From Thermoplasmatota archaeon (GTDB taxonomy: Archaea > Thermoplasmatota > E2 > JACPAO01 > JAHFTW01): 64,000 bases of DNA. Shown one piece after another: positions 27,609 to 36,121 of this stretch. Position 1 is the first letter of the stretch. Each line of letters starts with the position of its first letter. Both the position numbers and the translations under genes were made by a program. Under the pieces are notes generated by a model. That model was given only the letters and a program-made list of their open reading frames with translations. It searched no databases and was not told where the DNA came from. The stretch covers positions 211,228 through 275,227 of the forward strand of contig JBBSVM010000003.1 in the NCBI GenBank assembly GCA_038046785.1, given 5' to 3'.

Positions 27609-30415
27609 AGCAGCGTCGCAACCTTCGCCTTCGCCGCAGCGAGGCACTCCGGCACCTTCGCGGCATCCGTGCCTCCTCCTTGGGCGAAGTCGGGGCGGCC
27701 TCCGCCCTTTCCGCCCACCATCGGGATGAGCTCGCGAAGCAGCGCCCCCATGTCGACGGCGACGTCGGCGGAGCGCGCGAAGACGAGACGGACCCCGCCA
27801 TCGGTCGAGGCGAGCAGTGCGACCGTCTTGCCGGGCGCAACCATCTCTTGCGCCGATTTTTGGAGGACGGCTGATGGGATGGTGGCGACGATGAGCTTGA
27901 CGCCGTTCACGACCTGCGCATTGCTGGCCGCTTCCTTTCCTTCCAGTTCCGCGAGCCGAGCGTTGAGGGTCTCGAGCTGCTTGCGCTGCTCTTTCCATTC
28001 TCCGAAGAAACGCTTGGCGGAATTGGCGACCTCGCCGGGCGCGACCTGAAACTCCTCGGCCGCTTGGCGCAGCAGGGCGTCGGTGGCCTGCCAGCGCTGG
28101 ACGGCGTAGGGGCCGGCGCTGTACTCGAAGCGTTCGACGCCATCCTGAACGCGCTCGGTGCGCCAGAGCTTGACCGGGCCGACGTCGGAGGTGGTGTGGC
28201 AGTGCGTTCCACCGCAGTATTCGACATCGAACCAATCCTTCGCTTCGACGCCGTCCACTTGCTTGCCGTGAATCATGACGACACGCACGTCGCGGCCCTT
28301 CGGGACGCCGCCCTGCAGAAGTTGCAGGCCGTAGGTCGCCTCCGCCTGCTCGCGCTTGAGCCAGGTGCGGCTCACCTTGCGACCATCTTGGACAATCTCG
28401 TTGGCGAGCAGTTCGATGCGGGCGAGCTCCTCCGCGCTGGGGCGGCGCCAATGGGTCATGTCGACGCGGGCACAGTCGTTGGACTTCTGCGTCCCCGCCT
28501 GCCAGGAGTGAGCACCGAGAACGCGGCGCACGGCCTGGTTCATGATGTGGGTCGCGGTGTGACTGCGGGTGTGCTCCATGCGCAGTTTCCAATCCACTTC
28601 GCCGTGCACGGAGACGTTGACCGGGATGGGCTCCGAGACGTGGTGCAGGACATGCTTGCCATCCTTCGTGGTGTCAAGCACTTGAACCGTGCGTCCATCG
28701 AGCGTCTTGAGAACGCCGCGATCGCCGGGCTGACCGCCGGTCTCGGCGAAAAAGCAGCTCTTGTCGAGAACGACAGCCGGTTTGCCGTCGACGGGGCCCG
28801 ACCAGAGCACTTTGCCGGTGAAGCTGCGCTTGTCCTGCTCCTTGTAGTAGAGCAAATCCGTCTCGGGGAGGGCGAGGCCGAGCGTCTTCTCCTTGGCCTT
28901 GGCGGCCTTGCTGTGGCGCGCCGCGAGCTGCATGTCGAAATCGTCCGGGATGGCGATGGCGATGCCGAGCCGGGCTGCCGCCTCCGCGACCGTGTTGGGC
29001 GCGAGGCCGTGCGTGTCGTAGAGTTCCACAAGGTCGTCGCTGCTGAGTTCCTTCTTTTTCTGCAGGGTGCGCTCGACGAGCCGCAGCCCTTTGTCGCGCG
29101 AGTCGTGGTAGCGCTCCGTCTCGAGGGCGAAGATCTCCTTGGCGCGCGGGATGGCCGCTTTGAATTCCGGGAACTGCGGAACGAGCTTGTCGAGGTTCCA
29201 GGCAACCAGTTCGCCAAGAGGGGCGGAAACGCCGAGGACTTCCATGTAGCGGAGCGCGCGGCGCGTGACGAGCCGCATGAGGTAGCCCGCTTTGACGTTG
29301 GAGGGGACGATGCCGTCGCCCACCATGAACGAGAGGCAGCGCATGTGGTCGCACAGGCCGTACAGCGACTCGACCGGGCCCATGATGTCGTTGAGTTCGG
29401 CGACGTTGGTTTCGATGCCATGCTTGGCGAGTCGCTTCACGACCTCCCAGCGCAGGCCGTCGAGCTTCTGGCCGATGTCGAGGTTGAGGATGCCCTGGAC
29501 GCGGGCGTGCTCGGTGATGATGCGCTTTGCTTTCTCGTCGTCGCGCACCTTGGTGGCGGCGAGGCTCTTGATGTGCGCGATGGCCTCCGGGAAGACGGTG
29601 TCGTACGCCGTCGGAGTCCCGGTGGAGGCCCAGGCGAGGCGCTCGAGGCCCCAACCGGTGTCGATGATGCGCAGGTCCATCATGCGGTAGGTTTCGCCCT
29701 TGATGGTGTAGGTGGCCTCGCCCGGCTTCGCGTCGGCCGGCTCGATCTGCTCGAGGCACATGAACACCAACGTGGCCACCTCGAGACCGCCCGCGAACAC
29801 TTCGACGCAGGGGCCGGCATTGCCGCCGCCGTTCCAGGTGCCTTCCTTGAAGGTGATGCGCTGCTTGTCGAGACCGAGCGTCTTGGTGAGGAACTCGACG
29901 CCGTAGGCGACGCATTCCTCGGTCCAGTACTTCTCGCCCCACGCCTTGCTGTTGAAGGCGTGGTGGCCCATCATCTCGAACGTGCTGAAATGGCGGCCCG
30001 AGCGGCCGATGTTGGCGAGGTCGTTGAGGCGGATGCAGGGCTGGCTCACGACGAGCGGATTGCCGGGCGGCGGCACCTCGCCCGACGTCGTGTGCGGCTG
30101 GTAGTTCGCAATGCTTGCGATGTTGAGGTAGATGTCGTCACGCCAGCGCGCCACGACCGGTTGGCGGGGGACAATCTTGTGCCCCTTGGCCTCGAAGAAT
30201 TTCAGGAACGCCTTGCGCATCTCCGGCACCGACAGCGGCTTCGTGGTGAGCGGGTGGCCGAGGAAGTCATACTCGACGCAGTTGGAGTCGCCACACAGCG
30301 TGCGCTCGGCGTCGGTGGTCCAGAACGGGTCCTTGCAAGTCGGGCAAATCTTGCGCGTGTAGCCGTTGGCGTGGAAGTACTTCAGGTCCAGCATTTTGGC
30401 AAGAACCGGGTCCAT
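27605..30415 (-). CDS. alaS: Alanyl-tRNA synthetase, archaeal type
   Basis: N-terminus MDPVLAKMLDLKYFHANGYTRKICPTCKDPFWT is typical of archaeal AlaRS. The editing-domain HxxxH region and C-terminal DHHA1-like GGGRPDFAQGGG are present. Internal ATG at 30415 gives 936 aa. Confidence 0.9.
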   Translation of the reverse strand: MDPVLAKMLDLKYFHANGYTRKICPTCKDPFWTTDAERTLCGDSNCVEYDFLGHPLTTKPLSVPEMRKAFLKFFEAKGHKIVPRQPVVARWRDDIYLNIASIANYQPHTTSGEVPPPGNPLVVSQPCIRLNDLANIGRSGRHFSTFEMMGHHAFNSKAWGEKYWTEECVAYGVEFLTKTLGLDKQRITFKEGTWNGGGNAGPCVEVFAGGLEVATLVFMCLEQIEPADAKPGEATYTIKGETYRMMDLRIIDTGWGLERLAWASTGTPTAYDTVFPEAIAHIKSLAATKVRDDEKAKRIITEHARVQGILNLDIGQKLDGLRWEVVKRLAKHGIETNVAELNDIMGPVESLYGLCDHMRCLSFMVGDGIVPSNVKAGYLMRLVTRRALRYMEVLGVSAPLGELVAWNLDKLVPQFPEFKAAIPRAKEIFALETERYHDSRDKGLRLVERTLQKKKELSSDDLVELYDTHGLAPNTVAEAAARLGIAIAIPDDFDMQLAARHSKAAKAKEKTLGLALPETDLLYYKEQDKRSFTGKVLWSGPVDGKPAVVLDKSCFFAETGGQPGDRGVLKTLDGRTVQVLDTTKDGKHVLHHVSEPIPVNVSVHGEVDWKLRMEHTRSHTATHIMNQAVRRVLGAHSWQAGTQKSNDCARVDMTHWRRPSAEELARIELLANEIVQDGRKVSRTWLKREQAEATYGLQLLQGGVPKGRDVRVVMIHGKQVDGVEAKDWFDVEYCGGTHCHTTSDVGPVKLWRTERVQDGVERFEYSAGPYAVQRWQATDALLRQAAEEFQVAPGEVANSAKRFFGEWKEQRKQLETLNARLAELEGKEAASNAQVVNGVKLIVATIPSAVLQKSAQEMVAPGKTVALLASTDGGVRLVFARSADVAVDMGALLRELIPMVGGKGGGRPDFAQGGGTDAAKVPECLAAAKAKVATLL

Positions 30416-30456
30416 GGCGCGTTGCCCACCTGTCGCGGCCTGATAAGCGGTCGGGG

Positions 30457-30765
30457 TCAGTTGAAGGTCCGGATGGCCTGGATGAGGAGCACCAAGAAGG
30501 CCACGAACAGGAACGCGAGGAGCCCATTGACGGTCACGGCAAGCCGTGCCGGCCCGGGCCGCTCTTTCCGGCGCAGCGCCACGACGGCAAGGAGCACGCC
30601 CACAATGGCCGCAAGAGGAGCCCCCAGCAAGGCCGCGCCGCCCAACCGGTCGGCGAGGGGCGCCGGCGTGCGGAGCAGAACAATCGCCGCGGCAAACAGA
30701 ACCGGGGAGACGACAGCGAGGATGGCGGCCCGTTTTGTCCACGGTCCAAGCGGCTGCACGCACAC
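30457..30765 (-). CDS. Small 3-TM membrane protein (hypothetical)
   Basis: 102 aa with three hydrophobic helices, in the gap upstream of alaS. Confidence 0.4.
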   Translation of the reverse strand: MCVQPLGPWTKRAAILAVVSPVLFAAAIVLLRTPAPLADRLGGAALLGAPLAAIVGVLLAVVALRRKERPGPARLAVTVNGLLAFLFVAFLVLLIQAIRTFN

Positions 30766-30840
30766 CGCAAGATGGGCGGCCGTGAAACCTTGTCGGAGCC
30801 AACCTCAGGCATTATGTAGTCCAGCGAATGCTAGTCGCGT

Positions 30841-32460
30841 ATGCGGTGGTTCGCCCTTGCGGCGTCTCTCTTGCTCGTCCCCTTGGCCGGCTGTTTTGGT
30901 GCCTCGCAGTCCACGAGCGAATCGCCCGCCCCTTCTGCGCTCCCAACGTCAACGCCCACTCTGGAGCCCACCCCGCTTCCTGCCGAACCCGTTTTGCCCC
31001 ATTTCCCCAATGATGGAGCAAGCGAGCTCATCGAGTTGGAGCTGGAGTCGTTCGACGGCCACCTGATTCCCGTCACCGTGCACAAGCCGCTCATCGCCAA
31101 CGCGACCCAGCCGGTTCCGATGCTTCTGCACAGCCACGGCTTCACCGGCAGCCGCACCAAGGCGCAGGATGCCTTCAAGGACTACGTCGCGGCCGGGTTT
31201 GGCGTCGTCAGCTTCGATGAGCGCGGCCATGGCGACGCTCGCGGCAGTTCCGAAGTGCAGTTCATGAGCCCCGATTATGAGGTCAAGGATGTCCTGCGCG
31301 TCGTGGACGAAATCGCAACGTTCGACTGGATTCTGATGGAGTCTCCAGGTGACCCGGTGCTTGGCGGCATCGGCGGCTCCTACGGCGGCGCTTTCCAGAT
31401 GATGGGCGCCATCTTCGATCCGCGTTTCGACGCCATCGTGCCCGAGATCACCTGGAACGACATCGTGGACGCTTTGGCGCCCAACGGTGCCATCAAATCC
31501 GGTTGGGTGGACCTGTTCTACCTGGCGGGCAACACCATCAAGCCGATCACCTTCTCCAACGACTTCCACGCCGGCTGGACCTGGGCGACCGCAACCAACA
31601 CATTCCCCGCCGGCCAAGCCCCCGGCGTCCCCGACCTGGAGTCCAGCCTGCACGCTTCCAGCCCAGCCGCCTACCCCGAACGGCTCACCATCCCCACGTT
31701 GCTGATTCAGGGCATGCCCGACACGCTCTTCCCGCTCAACCAGGCGGTCGCCAACTTGCGCATCCTGGAGGCCAACAACGTCACGGCGGCACTCGCCACG
31801 CACCTGGACGGTCACATTCTTCACACCGCCTCGCAGGCGCCCGGGCAACTGCCCTACGACGTCGGCATCCAGGGTGTTGCGGGCGGCCACCCGTGCGGGA
31901 CGGTCAAGCAGCTTGGCATCGCCTGGCACCAGAAACATCTCCTCGGTCTCAACGTCTCGACCGGTCCGCGTGTTTGCATCTCCCTCGAAGATGAGACGGC
32001 GGTGACCGGCGAAACGTTCCCACTCGAGACAACGGTGGTGGAGAGCTTCGATGTGGGCGGACCGCTTGCCATCGCGCAGGCCCCCGCAGGGGCGAGCCTG
32101 TCCGTCGACCTGTTCACGGCTGAGGCAGACACCGTCGTCGCCGGCATCCCGCACTTGAAGGGGATGTTGACCGCGGCGGGCGCCGACGCCATCGTCTACT
32201 TCAGCCTGCAAGTGCCCAGCCGCAACGACCCGTTCGAATCCATCGTGGATGACCAGGTCTTCCCCATCCGCGTTGCCGGCCCGGTGACCGACTACGCGTT
32301 CGAATTGGACTTGGGCGGGGTCGGTGTTCGCCTCAAAGCAGGCGAGACTCTGACGCTTGTTGCGAGCACGGTGACGCCGATGTTCTTCGGCAACGCCGAA
32401 CGGCTTCCTGGCGCCGTCCTCCTCGACGAACTCGTCCTCGAGTTGCCAATCGTCAAGTAG
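30841..32460 (+). CDS. S15 peptidase / CocE-NonD family hydrolase, lipoprotein (second paralog)
   Basis: Nucleophile motif GGSYGG (GxSYxG), alpha/beta-hydrolase core, and PLAGC lipobox. Confidence 0.7.
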   Translation: MRWFALAASLLLVPLAGCFGASQSTSESPAPSALPTSTPTLEPTPLPAEPVLPHFPNDGASELIELELESFDGHLIPVTVHKPLIANATQPVPMLLHSHGFTGSRTKAQDAFKDYVAAGFGVVSFDERGHGDARGSSEVQFMSPDYEVKDVLRVVDEIATFDWILMESPGDPVLGGIGGSYGGAFQMMGAIFDPRFDAIVPEITWNDIVDALAPNGAIKSGWVDLFYLAGNTIKPITFSNDFHAGWTWATATNTFPAGQAPGVPDLESSLHASSPAAYPERLTIPTLLIQGMPDTLFPLNQAVANLRILEANNVTAALATHLDGHILHTASQAPGQLPYDVGIQGVAGGHPCGTVKQLGIAWHQKHLLGLNVSTGPRVCISLEDETAVTGETFPLETTVVESFDVGGPLAIAQAPAGASLSVDLFTAEADTVVAGIPHLKGMLTAAGADAIVYFSLQVPSRNDPFESIVDDQVFPIRVAGPVTDYAFELDLGGVGVRLKAGETLTLVASTVTPMFFGNAERLPGAVLLDELVLELPIVK

Positions 32461-32509
32461 CTTCACCCTGGCCGCGACCCTTGAAGAGGCGGCCGACGTT
32501 CGGCCAACC

Positions 32510-33943
32510 GTGGACCTTCCCGCCTCCTTCGCAGCCCGCGCCGCCCAGGGCGCCGGCTGGGTGCGTGAGCAAGGCGCCGCCGGCCGCACCGTGACCGTGG
32601 TCCACCACATCGACGCCGACGGCGTTACCTCGGGAGCCATCGCGGCGGAGGCGTTGGCGCGCGCCAAGGTGCCATGCCGCATGCGACCGGTGAAATCCCT
32701 CGACGCGCACCATGTTGCGCAGCTCCAGGACGAAGGTCACGCGGCGCTCTGGTTCTGCGACCTCGGCTCCACCGCCTACATGCACTTCCCGGCCACGCCC
32801 AAACTGGTGTGCGACCACCACCAACTGGTGCGCGACGGCGGCGAGGAGGCGTTCCCGCACGTCAACCCCCTGCTCGACGGCCTCGACGGCGGCGAGGTGT
32901 CGGGCGCTGGCTGCGCTTTCGTGGTCGCGCACGCCCTCGACGCGCGCAGCCTTGACTTGCTGCCGTTGGCACTGGTGGGCGCCACCGCGGACCGACAGGA
33001 CCGCCCGCTGCACGGCATCAACCTCCGCTACCTCGAAGCGGCCATCGCGGCGGGACTCGTTGAAGCCAGCATCGACTTGTCGTTCTTCGGCCCCGAGACG
33101 CGCGCCCTCACCAAGTTCCTGAGCCTCGCCAACGAGCCCGCCATCCCTGGTGTTGCCGGCGATGCGACCGGGGCCGAACGGCTCCTGCGCGACTGCGGCG
33201 TCGATGTGGCGGCCTCGCGGAGCTGGAGCACCCTTTCTGAGACCCAGCAACGCGCGGTGCGCTCTGCCCTGGCCGAGCGTCTCCTCGACGCAGGACTTGC
33301 CAGCGAGCTGCCGCGGCTCTGGCGCACCGTCATCCGCATCCGACGCGAACCGCACGGGCCGACGCGGGAGCTGCAGGAGTTCGGAACGCTGCTAAACAGC
33401 ACGGCGCGCTACGACCGCCCCGACGTCGGCATCGCGGTGGCGCGCGGCGACCGCGGCGCGATGTTCGAGGAGGCGCTCGACCTTCTCGACGGCCACCGCA
33501 AACACCTGGTTGGCGCACTCGATGCCCTCGCGAAACGGCCCATCCAGGAACTCGCAGGAGTGCAGTGGGTCCACCTCGAGGATGCCGTGCGCGACACCGT
33601 CGTCGGCATCGTCGCCGGCATGGCGCTCGGCGGCCCTCTCGGACTGCGCCAGGATCTCCCTCTCATCGCGTTCGCCTGGACACCGGATGGCCGAACGAAG
33701 GTCAGTTCGCGCGCCCCGAACGGGCTGAAGGGACGCATCGACCTCAGCGTGGCGCTGCGCGAAGCGGCGGCAAGCGTTGGGGGTGCTGGCGGTGGCCACC
33801 CGGGGGCGGCGGGGGCGACCATCGGGCGTGGAGAAGAGGCACGCTTCCTGGCGGCGCTCGACCCCATCGTGGCGCGGCAACTCGGCATCGCCATTTCGGC
33901 GCCGACGGCCCTTCGCCCCAGCCGGCAAATCCGCCTCCTGTAA
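32510..33943 (+). CDS. DHH/DHHA1 phosphoesterase, archaeal RecJ-like (GAN/HAN family)
   Basis: DHH motifs VVHHIDADGVTS and CDHH. C-terminal DHHA1 motif GGGHPGAAGAT. Confidence 0.75.
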   Translation: MDLPASFAARAAQGAGWVREQGAAGRTVTVVHHIDADGVTSGAIAAEALARAKVPCRMRPVKSLDAHHVAQLQDEGHAALWFCDLGSTAYMHFPATPKLVCDHHQLVRDGGEEAFPHVNPLLDGLDGGEVSGAGCAFVVAHALDARSLDLLPLALVGATADRQDRPLHGINLRYLEAAIAAGLVEASIDLSFFGPETRALTKFLSLANEPAIPGVAGDATGAERLLRDCGVDVAASRSWSTLSETQQRAVRSALAERLLDAGLASELPRLWRTVIRIRREPHGPTRELQEFGTLLNSTARYDRPDVGIAVARGDRGAMFEEALDLLDGHRKHLVGALDALAKRPIQELAGVQWVHLEDAVRDTVVGIVAGMALGGPLGLRQDLPLIAFAWTPDGRTKVSSRAPNGLKGRIDLSVALREAAASVGGAGGGHPGAAGATIGRGEEARFLAALDPIVARQLGIAISAPTALRPSRQIRLL

Positions 33944-33977
33944 AACGGGAAAATGCTTCTTCGCCCCGAACGTATCG

Positions 33978-33985
33978 CTTTTTAC
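33978..33985 (+). promoter_or_regulatory. TATA-like box (CTTTTTAC) upstream of the proteasome genes
   Basis: T-rich octamer 24 nt upstream of the psmB ATG, consistent with a leaderless archaeal transcript. Confidence 0.3.
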
Positions 33986-34009
33986 GAAGTTCTGACCTAA
34001 GCGGACGCA

Positions 34010-34630
34010 ATGACGACAACGGTCGGCATCAAGACGCCCGAGGGCATCGTCCTGGCGACGGACCGCCGCGCGACGATGGGCTACTACGTCGCGGACAAAG
34101 ACGTCGTGAAGATTGAGCCTCTCGACGACGACTCCGCCATCACCATCGCCGGCTCGGTCGCGCAGGCCCAGGCCTACGCCCACCTGCTGCGCCTCAACCT
34201 GGAGCTGTTCAAGACGCGGCGCGGCTGGGCGCTCTCGCCGCAGGAGCTCGCCAAACTCGCCTCCTACACCATCCAACGCTCGGGCGGCGTGTACGGCCAG
34301 TTCATCCTCGCTACGCGCGGCTCCGACGGCACGCACCTCTGGGACGTCGGCGGCGACGGCTCGCTCATCAGCAAGAAGGACTTCACCGTCACCGGCTCCG
34401 GCACCGGCCCCGCCGTCGGTGTGCTTGAGTCCGCGGACTGGGCCAAGATCAAGAACCTGAAGGACGCCGTGGAGCTGGCCAAGCGCGCTGTGCGCGCCTC
34501 GACGCAGCGCGATGTCGCATCGGGCAACGGCTACGTCGTCTTCGTGCTCCCCAACTCCGGCCCCTCCAGCCTGAAGACCTTCACCTTCAGCACCGAAGTC
34601 ACCGAAGACACGCTCGAGGTGAAATCGTGA
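34010..34630 (+). CDS. psmB: 20S proteasome beta subunit
   Basis: Sequence MTTTVGIKTPEGIVLATDRR with catalytic Thr directly after Met and a GSG motif. Confidence 0.85.
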   Translation: MTTTVGIKTPEGIVLATDRRATMGYYVADKDVVKIEPLDDDSAITIAGSVAQAQAYAHLLRLNLELFKTRRGWALSPQELAKLASYTIQRSGGVYGQFILATRGSDGTHLWDVGGDGSLISKKDFTVTGSGTGPAVGVLESADWAKIKNLKDAVELAKRAVRASTQRDVASGNGYVVFVLPNSGPSSLKTFTFSTEVTEDTLEVKS

Positions 34631-35289
34631 AGCCGCCCGTGGACATGGCCTACCTGCACTTCGACGAGTCGGGCGCTGTTCCCGCCATCAAGTTCGCCCG
34701 CATCGCCGTCAGCATGGGCCTCCCCATCCTCGCGGCCCGCAACGAGCAGGGCGTCGTCGTCGCCACCGTCAACCGCGAGGGCGCCCAGCTCTTCACCGGC
34801 GCCGACAAGGTCATCCGCGTCAGCAAGGACTGCGTCGTCCTCGTCACCGGCCACGGCGGCGACACGAACCAGATTCGCCAGACGCTGCGTGACCTCGCCG
34901 TGAACCACAAATTCCTGCTCGGCAGCGAAGTCTCCCCCAAGGAGGTCAGCCTCGCGCTCTCGGACTACCTGCACCAGCTTGGCATGAGCTACCGCCGCCC
35001 GCTCGGTGTCGGCATCATCGTCGCCGGCTTCGACCGCTACGGCCAGACCCCCGTCATCTACCACTGCGACGTCGACGGCAACGCCACCGACCGCGTCGGC
35101 ATCGCTCTCGGCAAGGGCGCCTCCGAGGCAGAGCATGTCCTCGCCGACGCCATCAAGTCGAAGAAGCCGCTCGAAGCCGCCCTGAAAGCGGCCGCCGAGG
35201 CGACCATCAAGGGCATGAAGGAAGGCAGCGTCGATTTGGCCTCGCAGAGCTTCCGCGTCGATGTGGAAGTCCTGAAGCCCTCGAAGTAG
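34627..35289 (+). CDS. psmA: Proteasome alpha-type (non-catalytic Ntn-fold) subunit, divergent
   Basis: Alignable to alpha subunits (FDESGAV~FSPDGRL, IKFARIAV~VEYAREAV) and has no N-terminal Thr. Overlaps the psmB stop (ATGA). Confidence 0.55.
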   Translation: MKPPVDMAYLHFDESGAVPAIKFARIAVSMGLPILAARNEQGVVVATVNREGAQLFTGADKVIRVSKDCVVLVTGHGGDTNQIRQTLRDLAVNHKFLLGSEVSPKEVSLALSDYLHQLGMSYRRPLGVGIIVAGFDRYGQTPVIYHCDVDGNATDRVGIALGKGASEAEHVLADAIKSKKPLEAALKAAAEATIKGMKEGSVDLASQSFRVDVEVLKPSK

Positions 35290-35300
35290 CGCCCTTCTTT

Positions 35301-35371
35301 GTCGCAGATGACGCAGATTTCTCAGATTGTTCCGGTTGTACGGAATCTGAGAAATCTGCGTCATCTGCGAC
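35301..35371. repeat. Perfect 28-bp-arm palindrome with 15-nt loop, built from CAGAT half-sites at about 10-bp spacing
   Basis: gtcgCAGATgacgCAGATttctCAGATt / loop gttccggttgtacgg / exact reverse complement. Confidence 0.9.
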
Positions 35372-35411
35372 AGGTCGTATCGCTTCGCAAGCCTGAAGGG
35401 CGCCTCCCGGA

Positions 35412-36083
35412 GTGGGCACTCCCATGCAAGAGGGCATCGGGCGGGGCGGCTATCGCATCCTCGCCATCGTCTTCCTGGTCGTCGGCCTGCTCGGCATCGC
35501 CGCGTTCGCCGTCGCCTACACCCGCAACAGTGCCGCCGCGTTTGCGCTTGGCTGCGGCCTGGTCGGCGCCGCTCTCATCGTTCTCTTCGCCATCGCTTTG
35601 CGCGGCGTGTCGGGACGCACTGCGTCCTCGAACGCTCCGGCTCCCGGACCCGCCGGGGCGCCGCGCCCAGTGCGCGACCTGAACGTGGAATACCTCGATG
35701 CCGAGGCGGACGCGGAGTCCGAACCGGAGCCGCCTGCCCGTCGCGCGCGCGGCGCCGTGCCGGCTCCGCCCAACCGCAACCTTACCCAGGACACGAAGGG
35801 CTGGCCGAGCCGCAAGGGGCCGACCGGTGTGACGCGCGGCGAAGCGCGCAAAGGCCCTGTCGAGTTCGCCTCCGTCGAGGCGGTCGCCGTGCCGCGCGCC
35901 AGCCTGCGCGCCCCCAGCGAGCCCCCCACCGTCTTGGCGCGCGAAGTGGCGCGCAACGCCAAAACGCCCGAGGGGATGGCGAAGGGAGCGTGCGGAACCT
36001 GCAACGCCATCCTCCTCGCCCCCAAGGTGCGGCCGCTCAAACTGCGCTGCCCCGCCTGCCAGAAAGTTACGCTGGTGGCGTGA
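35412..36083 (+). CDS. Membrane protein with C-terminal zinc-ribbon (hypothetical)
   Basis: Two N-terminal TM helices, a disordered acidic/basic linker, and C-terminal CGTC...CPAC. Confidence 0.45.
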   Translation: MGTPMQEGIGRGGYRILAIVFLVVGLLGIAAFAVAYTRNSAAAFALGCGLVGAALIVLFAIALRGVSGRTASSNAPAPGPAGAPRPVRDLNVEYLDAEADAESEPEPPARRARGAVPAPPNRNLTQDTKGWPSRKGPTGVTRGEARKGPVEFASVEAVAVPRASLRAPSEPPTVLAREVARNAKTPEGMAKGACGTCNAILLAPKVRPLKLRCPACQKVTLVA

Positions 36084-36121
36084 AGCGTCGCGGCTAAACC
36101 GGCCCGCCGACTCGCCCACCT

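Noticed and set aside
28064-31066. 1000-aa plus-strand ORF
   Set aside because: Antisense to the confidently identified archaeal alaS.
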